From contig JBDHAC010000083.1 in NCBI GenBank assembly GCA_039588275.1, positions 1 through 25,989 on the forward strand: a stretch of 25,989 nucleotides of DNA, given 5' to 3'. The DNA is from Gemmatimonadota bacterium. Lineage in GTDB: Bacteria; Gemmatimonadota; Gemmatimonadetes; Palauibacterales; Palauibacteraceae. The notes below the pieces were generated by a model. It was not told where the DNA came from and made no database searches. It saw only the letters and a program-made list of their open reading frames with translations. The translations under genes were made by a program, and so were the position numbers. Shown here one piece after another: positions 1 to 8,307 of this stretch. How positions within the stretch are numbered: position 1 is the first letter of the stretch; each line of letters opens with the position of its first letter.

Positions 1-268
1 GAACCGACCGATCTCACGCCATCTGGCCCACAACTGGCTCGCGAAGGGCGAGAAGCTCGCGAAACTAGAACCGCTCAAGCGGGGCAAGTGGCACGCCTAT
101 CGCCGGAAGTGGTCCACCGAGCGCAAGCAGTACCCCGACGCCGACGTGGCGCAGGCTGGGGGATGGAGCAGCGTCGAGTCCATGCTGGCGTCGTATCAGC
201 ACGCCGACGAGGCAACGACGCTGCACGTCATACTGGAGCCTAGCGAACTGCGCGAGGCCAGCCGATAA
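1..268 (+). CDS. Tyrosine recombinase/integrase, C-terminal fragment (5' part outside window)
   Basis: Not in the ORF track. My translation of frame 2 gives ...GKWHAYRRKWSTERKQYPDADVAQAGGWSSVESMLASYQHADE...EASR* (TAA 266-268). This has the HxxR, GW and downstream catalytic Tyr pattern of tyrosine recombinases and lies next to a tRNA gene. Confidence 0.85.
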   Translation, partial: NRPISRHLAHNWLAKGEKLAKLEPLKRGKWHAYRRKWSTERKQYPDADVAQAGGWSSVESMLASYQHADEATTLHVILEPSELREASR

Positions 269-368
269 TCACTCGACCGAACGTACGCAGAAACATGCAC
301 ACTCGGTGCAAACCGAACAGGCAGCGAAGGGGTAGAAACCGCGCAACCGCGCGGGAAACAGCATACAA

Positions 369-442
369 CGGGGCGTGGCGCAGTCCGGTAGCGCACCTGC
401 TTTGGGAGCAGGGGGTCGCCGGTTCGAATCCGGCCGCCCCGA
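369..442 (+). tRNA. tRNA-Pro(TGG), CCA not encoded
   Basis: Acceptor stem CGGGGCG/CGCCCCG, anticodon arm CCTGC-TTTGGGA-GCAGG, T-arm GCCGG-TTCGAAT-CCGGC. Confidence 0.97.
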
Positions 443-460
443 TTGGACTTACAGGCTCAC

Positions 461-484
461 GGTACATGTTCGTGGTACACGTTC
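461..484. repeat. Tandem direct repeat GGTACAYGTTC x2, possible integrase arm-type sites
   Basis: GGTACATGTTC at 461-471 and GGTACACGTTC at 474-484, about 20 bp past the tRNA 3' end. Function is inferred. Confidence 0.5.
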
Positions 485-499
485 CGCCTGCCTGTCCGC

Positions 500-520
500 C
501 GCCGCCACCGAATGGCGGCG
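500..520. terminator. GC-rich hairpin between tRNA-Pro and the convergent CDS
   Basis: CGCCGCCA-ccgaa-TGGCGGCG; no strong U-tract. Confidence 0.45.
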
Positions 521-524
521 TGCG

Positions 525-1007
525 TCAATTGTACGGGTCGGCGTCTGCGGACGATGCTGGAGTAGCCTGAACGCCGATGCTGGTCCAGCCATCATCCCTA
601 CGCTGGAAAACCTCCGTCCGCTTGTACTCCGTGGTGACCAACCCGTCCGGCGTTTTCACCGTCCAATAGCCGTACAAATTGACGACGGCGACGTCGCCGA
701 AGATGCGGATGGCGACCGGGCGCATGTCGGCCCAATTGCCGCCGATCTGTCGCCAGTTATCCCAGGTGCGGCGAACCATTCGCTGACCCGAAGGCGCGCC
801 ACTCGTCGTGTCCCAGAAGAGCTGGTCCTCATCGATCCGGCACGTCTCGTAGAAGTGATCCGGTGTCTCGTCCGCGAGCGCCTCGACCCAGGCGTCCCAG
901 CACATGGTGATCGTATCGAGGACTTCCTGTTCCTCAGCGGTCCACTGTTGGGTCGAGCTGGGGGAAGCGATGAGAAGCGCGAGCGATGCAAGGGCGAGGG
1001 CACGCAT
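525..1007 (-). CDS. Secreted NTF2/SnoaL-like (DUF4440-type) protein
   Basis: ATG at 1007 follows a strong AGGAGGT SD. Signal peptide MRALALASLALLIASP; NTF2-like motifs IRIFGDVAVV and RTEVFQRRDDGW. The longer 290-aa ORF extension looks spurious. Confidence 0.85.
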   Translation of the reverse strand: MRALALASLALLIASPSSTQQWTAEEQEVLDTITMCWDAWVEALADETPDHFYETCRIDEDQLFWDTTSGAPSGQRMVRRTWDNWRQIGGNWADMRPVAIRIFGDVAVVNLYGYWTVKTPDGLVTTEYKRTEVFQRRDDGWTSIGVQATPASSADADPYN

Positions 1008-1311
1008 GGGGGACCTCCTGTGGCTGTGGGTGAGGTTTCGACGATGCCCGGGGGAGGACGGGACGCGCAAGGCTGGGATGGAGACGCTTCCCCCCGGTTC
1101 GACTGCCCCGAAGCGGAGAGGGGGCGCGGAGCCCGCGTGGAGGAGAGAGTCGAAGGACGCTACCCCGCTCAGTCCGAGAGTCCCGATAAACACAGCGACA
1201 TGTAGACCAGCGTTACGTCGGAGGGCGTGGAAAGATGTGGAGCGGGCTCCGACCGAGGCTACCTGGCCGTCTCGTGCGTCCCCAGATCCAGCGGGGAGGC
1301 TGCCACTGTGC

Positions 1312-1935
1312 TCAGTATTCGATGGTGCGTTTGATCCACAGTGCCGGCCCTGGCCGCGGCCGAGTAACCCGAGGAACCTTCGGGGTCTGACGGACATAAA
1401 CGACGCCCGGCTCGCGCCTCACCTTGCCTCGCTCATACAAGTCAAAGACTTCCTCCGCGATGGCCTTGACCTCGGGATCGTGGTCGGCGTTCATGAACTG
1501 CGCATCACTGAGCGCAACGAACACGGCCGCGAAGGTTTCTTTGTTGCCGGTCCGCACCCACTCCGCATGGGCTACCTTCACACTCTCGACCGCCAATTGC
1601 TCGACGGACTGCAGATGCCGGTCCGCCACACTGTCTTGACCAACCATCTGGGCCAGCGCAGCCTCCTGCAAATAATCGTACATGAGCCGAGCCTTGAGCT
1701 CGGGTCGAACCTGGCGTGCATACGTGTCGAGAGCCTGCAAATATCGCAAGGCCGCGGGCTTGTACATGCTGTACGCGTAGTTGAAGTGAAAATCCAACCC
1801 CCGCTCACCGGCAGAACCCATGTCGCCGACCGTGGCCTGCTCCAGCGCCAGGCTGTTGAGGGCCCGCTTGTAGTTCCTTCGCGCGTTAACCCACGCCTCC
1901 CTGGCGTTTAGGTACTCCTGTTTTGCTGCTGACAT
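1312..1935 (-). CDS. Hypothetical alpha-helical protein (207 aa)
   Basis: Protein-like composition from MSAAKQEYLN; GGAAGAGG/GAGG upstream; no recognised motif. Confidence 0.7.
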   Translation of the reverse strand: MSAAKQEYLNAREAWVNARRNYKRALNSLALEQATVGDMGSAGERGLDFHFNYAYSMYKPAALRYLQALDTYARQVRPELKARLMYDYLQEAALAQMVGQDSVADRHLQSVEQLAVESVKVAHAEWVRTGNKETFAAVFVALSDAQFMNADHDPEVKAIAEEVFDLYERGKVRREPGVVYVRQTPKVPRVTRPRPGPALWIKRTIEY

Positions 1936-2136
1936 GCCTCGGCCTCTTCCTGGTACAGAATTCCGGCGAGTGAGGGAGTGATCCTCCACGCTTCATGGAC
2001 AGCCTGGAAGACCCGCGATTGTACCAACCGGGGGACGTGGCTAGGGCAAGCGCAAGTCGGGAGATGGTCTACACGGGGTGTGGGGAAAACGCTCCGAGCA
2101 GTGCCCGAGGGGCGTCCGGCGCGCTTGTCCGCCGGA

Positions 2137-2838
2137 TCACGGCGTGAATGCGACGAACATCAACGCAATGGCGGCCGCGGTCAGGAGATGCCAGAGCCCG
2201 TGACCCCACCGGCCCCAGAAGATGCGACGCTTGCCCATGGTCCAGATGGCGAACGCCGCCCCAAACATGACGATGCTCCCCACCCCAAGCCACACGTGAC
2301 CCCGGAAGATGGCTCCTACCAGTACCAGTGAGAGGAGAATCCCCATCCGGACAGAGAGGTTGCCCGGGAACTCGTAACGAAGGAAGTACGCAGCGGCTGC
2401 ACTCCCGATCAGCATGGGTACGACGATCCACGGGTGCAGGGGCGCCATGGCGTAGAACGCCAGAGCGGCGAACACCGCGTACATGCCGGAATGATCGAGC
2501 GCCGCTGCCCAAATCGTCTTTACGCCGTGATACAACGCGGATCCGACGCACAGATAGGCCATGACCAGAGCGAATAGGCCGGCCGCCAGGGTCCCGACGT
2601 ACCGGAAGGTGACCCAGCCCGCTGCCAGGTAAGCAAGATTGCTGTACGAGTTGATGGGTTCGACCGGGAGATGCTTGTTCCAGTTCTGACAGCCACGGAG
2701 CTCGGCTTCCCACCAATCGCCTCGACACGGCTTGAACCCCGCCATTAACGAGGCGCTCCTCTCGATCATCGGGTACGCACGCCAAAGGGCGAACGCGACT
2801 ACGGTGAGTATGGCCGTGACCTCAATGGCAACCCTCAT
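2137..2838 (-). CDS. Ceramidase-domain (CREST superfamily) membrane hydrolase
   Basis: Multiple TM helices with EPINSYSN, GSALYHG, a conserved Asp (LDHSGM) and HGLWH Zn-binding motifs. GAGGGGG SD before ATG 2838. Confidence 0.85.
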   Translation of the reverse strand: MRVAIEVTAILTVVAFALWRAYPMIERSASLMAGFKPCRGDWWEAELRGCQNWNKHLPVEPINSYSNLAYLAAGWVTFRYVGTLAAGLFALVMAYLCVGSALYHGVKTIWAAALDHSGMYAVFAALAFYAMAPLHPWIVVPMLIGSAAAAYFLRYEFPGNLSVRMGILLSLVLVGAIFRGHVWLGVGSIVMFGAAFAIWTMGKRRIFWGRWGHGLWHLLTAAAIALMFVAFTP

Positions 2839-3038
2839 GACGCCCCCTCGGATACCCTTTGATCCGCCACAGGTAGCTGATTGGCCAATGTGAGCAACAG
2901 ATGGCCGCAAAGGTCGCTTCGACAAAAGGACCGCAAATGGAACAGGGTGTCCACCCCGGTCGAGGATCATTTCACGGGCGAACCTTCAGGCCGGGGGCGC
3001 TTGTAAAGTCGTCGTTCTCGAAGGCGAACCCGTAGCCC

Positions 3039-3061
3039 GCCCCGCCAGACAGCGGCGGGGC
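3039..3061. terminator. Hairpin downstream (minus strand) of the tRNA-Ala fragment
   Basis: GCCCCGCC-agacagc-GGCGGGGC. Shares the 13-mer GAAGCCCCGCCGC with the tRNA-His terminator at 22359-22371. Confidence 0.5.
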
Positions 3062-3090
3062 TTCATCGTACTCAGCCGTGCTTAGGGGAA

Positions 3091-3122
3091 TGGAGCTGAT
3101 CGGATTCCAACCGACGACCTCC
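3091..3122 (-). pseudogene. Degenerate 3' fragment of tRNA-Ala (att-site-like remnant)
   Basis: Reverse complement reads GGAGGTCGTCGGTTGGAATCCGATCAGCTCCA: variable loop, T-arm with TTC changed to TTG, and an Ala-type 3' acceptor strand AGCTCCA. No D or anticodon arm is present. Confidence 0.75.
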
Positions 3123-3231
3123 TTCCACATCGCACCTCTCCCTACACAGAAGTGTTCACGCCCACTACATTCGGGGCGACGCTTCGAGGCAAGTCGCGCC
3201 TCGATCCAAGATCCTGCCCGGGAGGTGATCT

Positions 3232-3651
3232 ATGCGCGTGCAACGATGGCTGGCGGCTGCAATCGTAGCACTGGTCGGGGTCTCTGCCCCCGTCGTTGCT
3301 CAGGAGGGCCCGCAACCGGGGGTCGTCTCGGTGCGGTATTTCGAGTGCGGACTCGGGGAGCTCGGCGACGCGGTGCGTCTCGTGAACGAGGAGTGGCGCC
3401 CGATCGCGCAGCAGCTCATCGACGAGGGGATGTTGCTCGATTACGGGATCCTCACGCATTCCTGGGGCGATGAGTGGAACCTGCTGGATTACTACGTCGC
3501 CGAGACCACGCAGGCATTCCATACGGCCTGGGCGGAGCTTGTCAGACGTGTCCAGGCGCAGGATCCGGACGGCAACATGTTCGAGGAGTTCGCCGAGTAT
3601 TGCCCACGGCACAAGGACAACATCTACAGCGTGGTTGCCCCGGCTCCGTAG
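3232..3651 (+). CDS. Secreted hypothetical protein (possible dimeric alpha/beta-barrel fold)
   Basis: GGAGGTG SD; signal peptide ending VVA-QE; HSWGDEWN and CPRHKDNIY segments with two Cys. Confidence 0.85.
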   Translation: MRVQRWLAAAIVALVGVSAPVVAQEGPQPGVVSVRYFECGLGELGDAVRLVNEEWRPIAQQLIDEGMLLDYGILTHSWGDEWNLLDYYVAETTQAFHTAWAELVRRVQAQDPDGNMFEEFAEYCPRHKDNIYSVVAPAP

Positions 3652-3728
3652 CCGGGGACGCGGGCGCTATCGGTGATTGAGCCCGCCGATTCGGCTCGCC
3701 CCCTGCTTACCCGCTCCCCAGCGAGTGG

Positions 3729-6700
3729 ATGACCGTCAAGCCTAGGATCGCGGCGCTGCAAGCGCTGCGGGAGCATCGCGACTTTACGAAGCTCGCCGCG
3801 ATGATGGCCCTCAGCTTCGTGGTCATTTTCGTCGTGGGTGTATTGCGCCCAGTTCGGGCGGCGCTCGCGCTGGACGGTCTCGCGGCCGGCGATTTCTATC
3901 AGGTGTACTTCGTGAGCGCGATCGTGATGCTGTTCGCGCCCGCGTACAACCAGCTCGCCGACCGCGTGCGCTGGAAGCACCTGATCCCGTCGGTGGCGGT
4001 CTTCTTCGCGCTCAGCCTGGTGGTCTTCCGGCTCCTCTACCGGGAGGGGAGCGGTACCTTCGGGATGGTGTTCTACGGCTGGTACGACGTCGTCGTAGCG
4101 GCTCTCGTCACCCAGTTCTTCATCGCGACGCAGCTCTTCTACAACACGCGCGATGCCAAGCGCGCCTATCCGCTCGTGATCGCGGCTGGATCCGTGGGCG
4201 CCGTGGCGGGTGCCGCGGTTCCCGCCATCTTCTCCGAGCGGGTCGGCTCGCCGAATCTGCTCCTCGTCGCCGCGGTGGCGACCGTCGTGTTCGCCGGCGG
4301 ATTGCTGTTCGTGTGGGCGCGCGAAGACCCGGATGAGGGCCGCACGCGCGGGGCCCCGGAGGATGGGGAGCTCTCCGCCGGGGAATTCCGGCGGATCTTC
4401 TCCAACCGGCAGGTACAGCTGATCGCGGCGACCGTCCTCCTCACCATCCTCGTCAAGCAGGTCATCGACTACGAGTACGCCACGATCACCAAGGAGGTGT
4501 TCGAGGAACGCGACCGCGTCAGCAGCTTCTTCGGGATCGTCGATGTGGCCACTCAGTGGCTCCCGATCGTGGTCCTCATCGCCCTGCGCCCGATCCTCCG
4601 GAGGTGGGGGATGGGGGTCGCGGTCCTGATCTTCCCGATCGCCATCCTCGTCGCGACAGGAAGCCTCGCGGTTGCCTTCGGTCTGTGGGCCGCCGTGGGC
4701 GCGCGTCAGGGCGAGCGCATGTTCCGATACTCGGCGGAGCGCGCCAGCCGCGAGATCCTCTACGTGCCCGTGCCGGATGAGATCAAGCTCAAGGCGAAGG
4801 CATACATCGATGTCGCGGTGGAGAAGGGGCTCGGCAAGGCGCTCTCGGGCGTGCTCCTCTTCCTGTTGCTGCTCGTGATGGGATATCGCCAGATTACCTG
4901 GGTGGGACTCGCGCTAGCGGTCCTGCTCCTTGTCGGGTTCATCCGCGTTCGTGGCGAGTACGTGAGGACGCTCGCGAAGTCCATCGAGGGCCGCTTCGCG
5001 AGCCTGCGGGGCACGTACGTGTCGATCACGGGCGGATCGACGATCGAGCTGATCCGCGAGGCCATGACCGATGCGGACCCGCTGAAGGTCGCGTTCGCGC
5101 TCGACCTGGTCGAGCCCGCCGACCCCGAGGATCTGGCCGGATTGTCGACCGAGCTGCACGCGTTGTTGAACCACGAGAGCGCCCAGATTCGAGCGCGCGT
5201 ACTCGGTCTGCTGACCCGGATCCCCGATGCGGTGGATCACGACGCCGTGCGCGCGCGGCTCCTCGATGACGATCAGCGTGTCCGTGAGGCGGCCGTGAAG
5301 ACGTTGGCCGAGGCGTCGCGCGGGTCGCGGGAAGGTCTCATCAGGGAGCTCTTGGACCAGGAAGATCCTCGGGTGCGCGCCGCGACGCTCACCTGCCTCG
5401 CGCACGATCTTCCTCCGGAGCGGGCGGAGTCGATCGTGCAGCCGTTCTACGAGCGCCGACGCGCCGAGGCAGCAGCAACACCGAGCGGCAATCATGCAGA
5501 GAAACGGCTGGAGCTGGCGGTAGCGGCGGGTTTGATGCGGTCAGAGCCCGGAGTTGCGGATCTCCTGCGTACTCTGATCAGCGACCCCGATCCGGCGGTC
5601 GCATCGGCAGCTTTAGAGAGCGCCGGGCAGCTGGCGCGTCCGGAGCTCACCCCGGCGTTGATCGGGGCGGTCGGGTCCGCGTACACGCGGGCATCGGCCA
5701 GGGTGGCGCTGGAGGCGCAGGGGGAGGCGGTGCTGGAGGCGCTGACGAGCGAGCTGAACGACCAGACGGCCGACCCCCGCGTGCGGCGCAACATTCCATC
5801 CGTGCTGGCGACCATCCCCACTCAGGCCACAGTCGAGGCGTTGATCCATTCCTACCTGTTGCCGGAGACCGATCAGGTCCTCGACAACCGCACGCTCAAA
5901 GCGCTCAACAAGCTTCGCGCCCGCGATGCCGATCTGGACTTCGACCTGAACCGGGTGCGCGTCGCCCTGGAACGCGAGATCGACGCGGCGGAGAAGTACG
6001 TGGTGGCGCTGGCGGTGACCGAGCGCCTGGACGTGGAGCGGGATTCGGTCCGACTCCTCGTGCGAGCCCTTCGCGAAGCCCAGAGCGAGCGCCGGGAGAG
6101 CATCTTCCGTTGGCTCGGTCTGGTGTACCCGCCAACGGGCATGTATCGATGCTACCTGGCCGTGACGGGAGGGGATGAGCGGGCTCGCGCCAACGGCATT
6201 GAGTGGCTCGAGACGACCGTCGGCCACGCGCTGTACCAGCGCATTCGACCGGCCTTGCGTCGGGCCGCTCGCGTGGAGCCCCCGGCGGGAGGTCCGGAGC
6301 CGATCCTGCGCGCGCTGTGGGAGGAGGAAGACGTGTGGCTCGCTCGCTGCGCCATGTGGGCGATGGCGGACGCGGGGTTCGAGTCCACGTCGGCAGAGAT
6401 CGCGCGCTTCGAGCCGGGAGACCCGGGCCTGCAACGCGTCGCCGGGCGCATTCGGGCTCGCCTCGCGTCGAATGGCGACCCGGTAGTCGCGCAACGAGAG
6501 GAAAGCATGGACCTGATCGAGAAGGTGTTCCTGCTCCAGAACGTCGACCTCTTGGGGGGCGCTCGCAGCGCGCAGTTGGCCCTTCTCGGGTCCATCGCCC
6601 AGGTGGTGAACGCGGATGGCGGCAAGCTGTTGATCCGGCGGGGCGAGCCGACGGACGCGCTCTACGTCGTGATCCGGGGCGAAGTCGAGTTGCAGGGCGT

Positions 6701-6920
6701 AGGCGAGCAGACGCTTCGAGTCACCGACGGATCGCCGTTCGGCACCTGGGCCCTGATCGACGAGGATCCGAGTCTCGTCGAGGCCCGAACGGTTCGGCCC
6801 ACCAGGCTGTTGAGGATCCAGCGGCGGGACTTCTACGATCTCCTCGCAGATCACCCCGAGCTGGGTCTGGACTTGCTCCAGGGCCTCGCCCGGAGGGTCC
6901 GTACGCTCGTGCGCGCGTAG
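3729..6920 (+). CDS. Npt1/Npt2 (TLC ATP:ADP translocase-like) MFS transporter fused to HEAT repeats and a C-terminal cNMP-binding-like domain
   Basis: About 12 TM segments with NTT-type motifs (LRPVRAAL, AKRAYPLV, FRYSAERASREILYVP, KAKAYID, LGKA). HEAT-like repeats (VREAAVKTL, VRAATL, VRRNIPSVL). CAP/cNMP fold LIRRGEPTDALYVVIRGEV. Confidence 0.9.
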   Translation: MTVKPRIAALQALREHRDFTKLAAMMALSFVVIFVVGVLRPVRAALALDGLAAGDFYQVYFVSAIVMLFAPAYNQLADRVRWKHLIPSVAVFFALSLVVFRLLYREGSGTFGMVFYGWYDVVVAALVTQFFIATQLFYNTRDAKRAYPLVIAAGSVGAVAGAAVPAIFSERVGSPNLLLVAAVATVVFAGGLLFVWAREDPDEGRTRGAPEDGELSAGEFRRIFSNRQVQLIAATVLLTILVKQVIDYEYATITKEVFEERDRVSSFFGIVDVATQWLPIVVLIALRPILRRWGMGVAVLIFPIAILVATGSLAVAFGLWAAVGARQGERMFRYSAERASREILYVPVPDEIKLKAKAYIDVAVEKGLGKALSGVLLFLLLLVMGYRQITWVGLALAVLLLVGFIRVRGEYVRTLAKSIEGRFASLRGTYVSITGGSTIELIREAMTDADPLKVAFALDLVEPADPEDLAGLSTELHALLNHESAQIRARVLGLLTRIPDAVDHDAVRARLLDDDQRVREAAVKTLAEASRGSREGLIRELLDQEDPRVRAATLTCLAHDLPPERAESIVQPFYERRRAEAAATPSGNHAEKRLELAVAAGLMRSEPGVADLLRTLISDPDPAVASAALESAGQLARPELTPALIGAVGSAYTRASARVALEAQGEAVLEALTSELNDQTADPRVRRNIPSVLATIPTQATVEALIHSYLLPETDQVLDNRTLKALNKLRARDADLDFDLNRVRVALEREIDAAEKYVVALAVTERLDVERDSVRLLVRALREAQSERRESIFRWLGLVYPPTGMYRCYLAVTGGDERARANGIEWLETTVGHALYQRIRPALRRAARVEPPAGGPEPILRALWEEEDVWLARCAMWAMADAGFESTSAEIARFEPGDPGLQRVAGRIRARLASNGDPVVAQREESMDLIEKVFLLQNVDLLGGARSAQLALLGSIAQVVNADGGKLLIRRGEPTDALYVVIRGEVELQGVGEQTLRVTDGSPFGTWALIDEDPSLVEARTVRPTRLLRIQRRDFYDLLADHPELGLDLLQGLARRVRTLVRA

Positions 6921-6962
6921 ACCGGCGGCCACGCAGACACACGACGCAGAGCCGGAGGACGG

Positions 6963-7439
6963 ATGTCGGACCAAAAGACGACGGTGATGATCGTGGACGA
7001 TGAGGAGATGGTCGTCACCTCGATTCGCAGCTTTCTGGAGTTGGAGACGTCGCACCGCGTGCTGACGTTCACCTCGCCGTCGGATGCGCTCGAGGTGCTC
7101 GCCGCGGAGAACGTGCACGTGATCGTGGCCGATTACATGATGCCCGGGATGGACGGGGTCACGTTCCTGACGGCAGCTCGGGAGTGTCGCCCGCAGGCTT
7201 CGCGAATCCTGCTCACCGGATATGCGGACCGGCACAACGCGATCCGAGCCATCAACGAGGCCGGATTGTATCACTATCTGCAGAAGCCGTGGGAGAACGA
7301 GGAGCTCAAGCTCATCATCCGAAACGGCGTGGAACGATCACAGCTCTTCAACGAGCTGGATGCGCGCGTGAGCGCCCTCGAGGTCGCGAACGAGGAACTG
7401 TCCGGGTTCCACCAGAAGTTGATCGAGGCGTTTCTGTAG
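6963..7439 (+). CDS. Response regulator (REC domain plus C-terminal coiled coil)
   Basis: IVDDE, ADYMMPGMDG, LLTG and YLQKPW motifs; GGAGG SD. Confidence 0.95.
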   Translation: MSDQKTTVMIVDDEEMVVTSIRSFLELETSHRVLTFTSPSDALEVLAAENVHVIVADYMMPGMDGVTFLTAARECRPQASRILLTGYADRHNAIRAINEAGLYHYLQKPWENEELKLIIRNGVERSQLFNELDARVSALEVANEELSGFHQKLIEAFL

Positions 7440-7455
7440 CGTGCCGGGACCGTCG

Positions 7456-8267
7456 ATGAGTGCGCGCAAAGATCCGCATTCGGAGCTGGAAGAGCTTCGC
7501 CGGGCGGGGCGCAAACCGAGCTGGTCAACTCTGCCAAGCTGGCGACGCTGGGATCCCTGGTCGCGGGCGTAGCGCACGAGATCAACACGCCACTCGGAGC
7601 GCTGCACAGCAACCACGACGTGATCGAGCGTGCCCTCAACAAGCTGCAGGAAATCCTCGAGGACGAGGTCGTCACGCCCGATGAGCTCGAGGAAGTACGC
7701 AAGATCGTGCGTGCGATGGATGGCGTGCTGCACACCAACGGCATCGCTGTCGATCGGATGGTGAAGCTCGTGGACAGCCTGCGCACGTTCGGGCGGCCCG
7801 ATCGGGCGGATATCGACCGGGTGGACCTGCACGACGGCATCGAGGGAACTCTGGCCGTGCTCGGGCACGAGATTCACGACATCGAGATCGTGCGAGAGTA
7901 CGGCGACATCCCGCACGTCGAATGCTACCCGGACCGAATCAACCAGGTGTTCATGAACCTGTTGCTCAACGCGCTTCAGGCGATGGGTGAGCGCGGGACC
8001 CTGACGGTTCGGAGCCGGTCGGGCGCGGGCCAGGTGTCCGTGGCGATCTCCGACACGGGCCCCGGCATCGCACCAAATACGCTCGAGATGCTCTTCGACC
8101 CCGGCTTCACGACCAAGGGAGACCGTGTCGGGATGGGACTCGGTCTCGCAATCTCGCGACAGATCGTTGACCAGCACGGTGGCGATATCGAGGTCGAAAG
8201 CGTCCTGGGGGAGGGCACGACGTTCATCGTGTACCTCCCGCTCGACCTGACCGAAGCCGAGGCATGA
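7456..8267 (+). pseudogene. Sensorless histidine kinase (NtrB-like), frameshifted by a 5-bp duplication at 7502-7511
   Basis: ATG 7456 reads MSARKDPHSELEELRRA. Another frame reads QTELVNSAKLATLGSLVAGVAHEINTP (H-box), QVFMNLLLNA, DTGPGI, FTTK and GMGLGL. Removing one GGGCG copy joins the two frames. Confidence 0.85.
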
Positions 8268-8307
8268 GGTTAGAGGGCGTAAACGCCACGTCGTAAGGAG
8301 GTCTTCA

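Noticed and set aside
1085..1112. GGTTCGAC resembling a tRNA T-loop
   Set aside because: No T-stem or acceptor strand around it.
375..1205. 276-aa plus-strand ORF
   Set aside because: Starts inside tRNA-Pro and runs antisense to the NTF2-like gene.
2860..3035. GCAAA/GGCGAACC motifs reminiscent of a c-di-GMP riboswitch
   Set aside because: Wrong order and strand relative to the downstream gene; no consistent two-stem fold found.
5613..7274. 553-aa minus-strand ORF, and similar ones at 7338-8453, 17355-18755, 14339-15517 and 21000-21941
   Set aside because: All lie antisense to well-supported genes and show no domain signatures.
8264..8296. 10-codon mini-ORF linking the His kinase stop (ATGA) to the SD of the atypical kinase
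   Set aside because: Could couple translation but is easily explained by chance; no further support.
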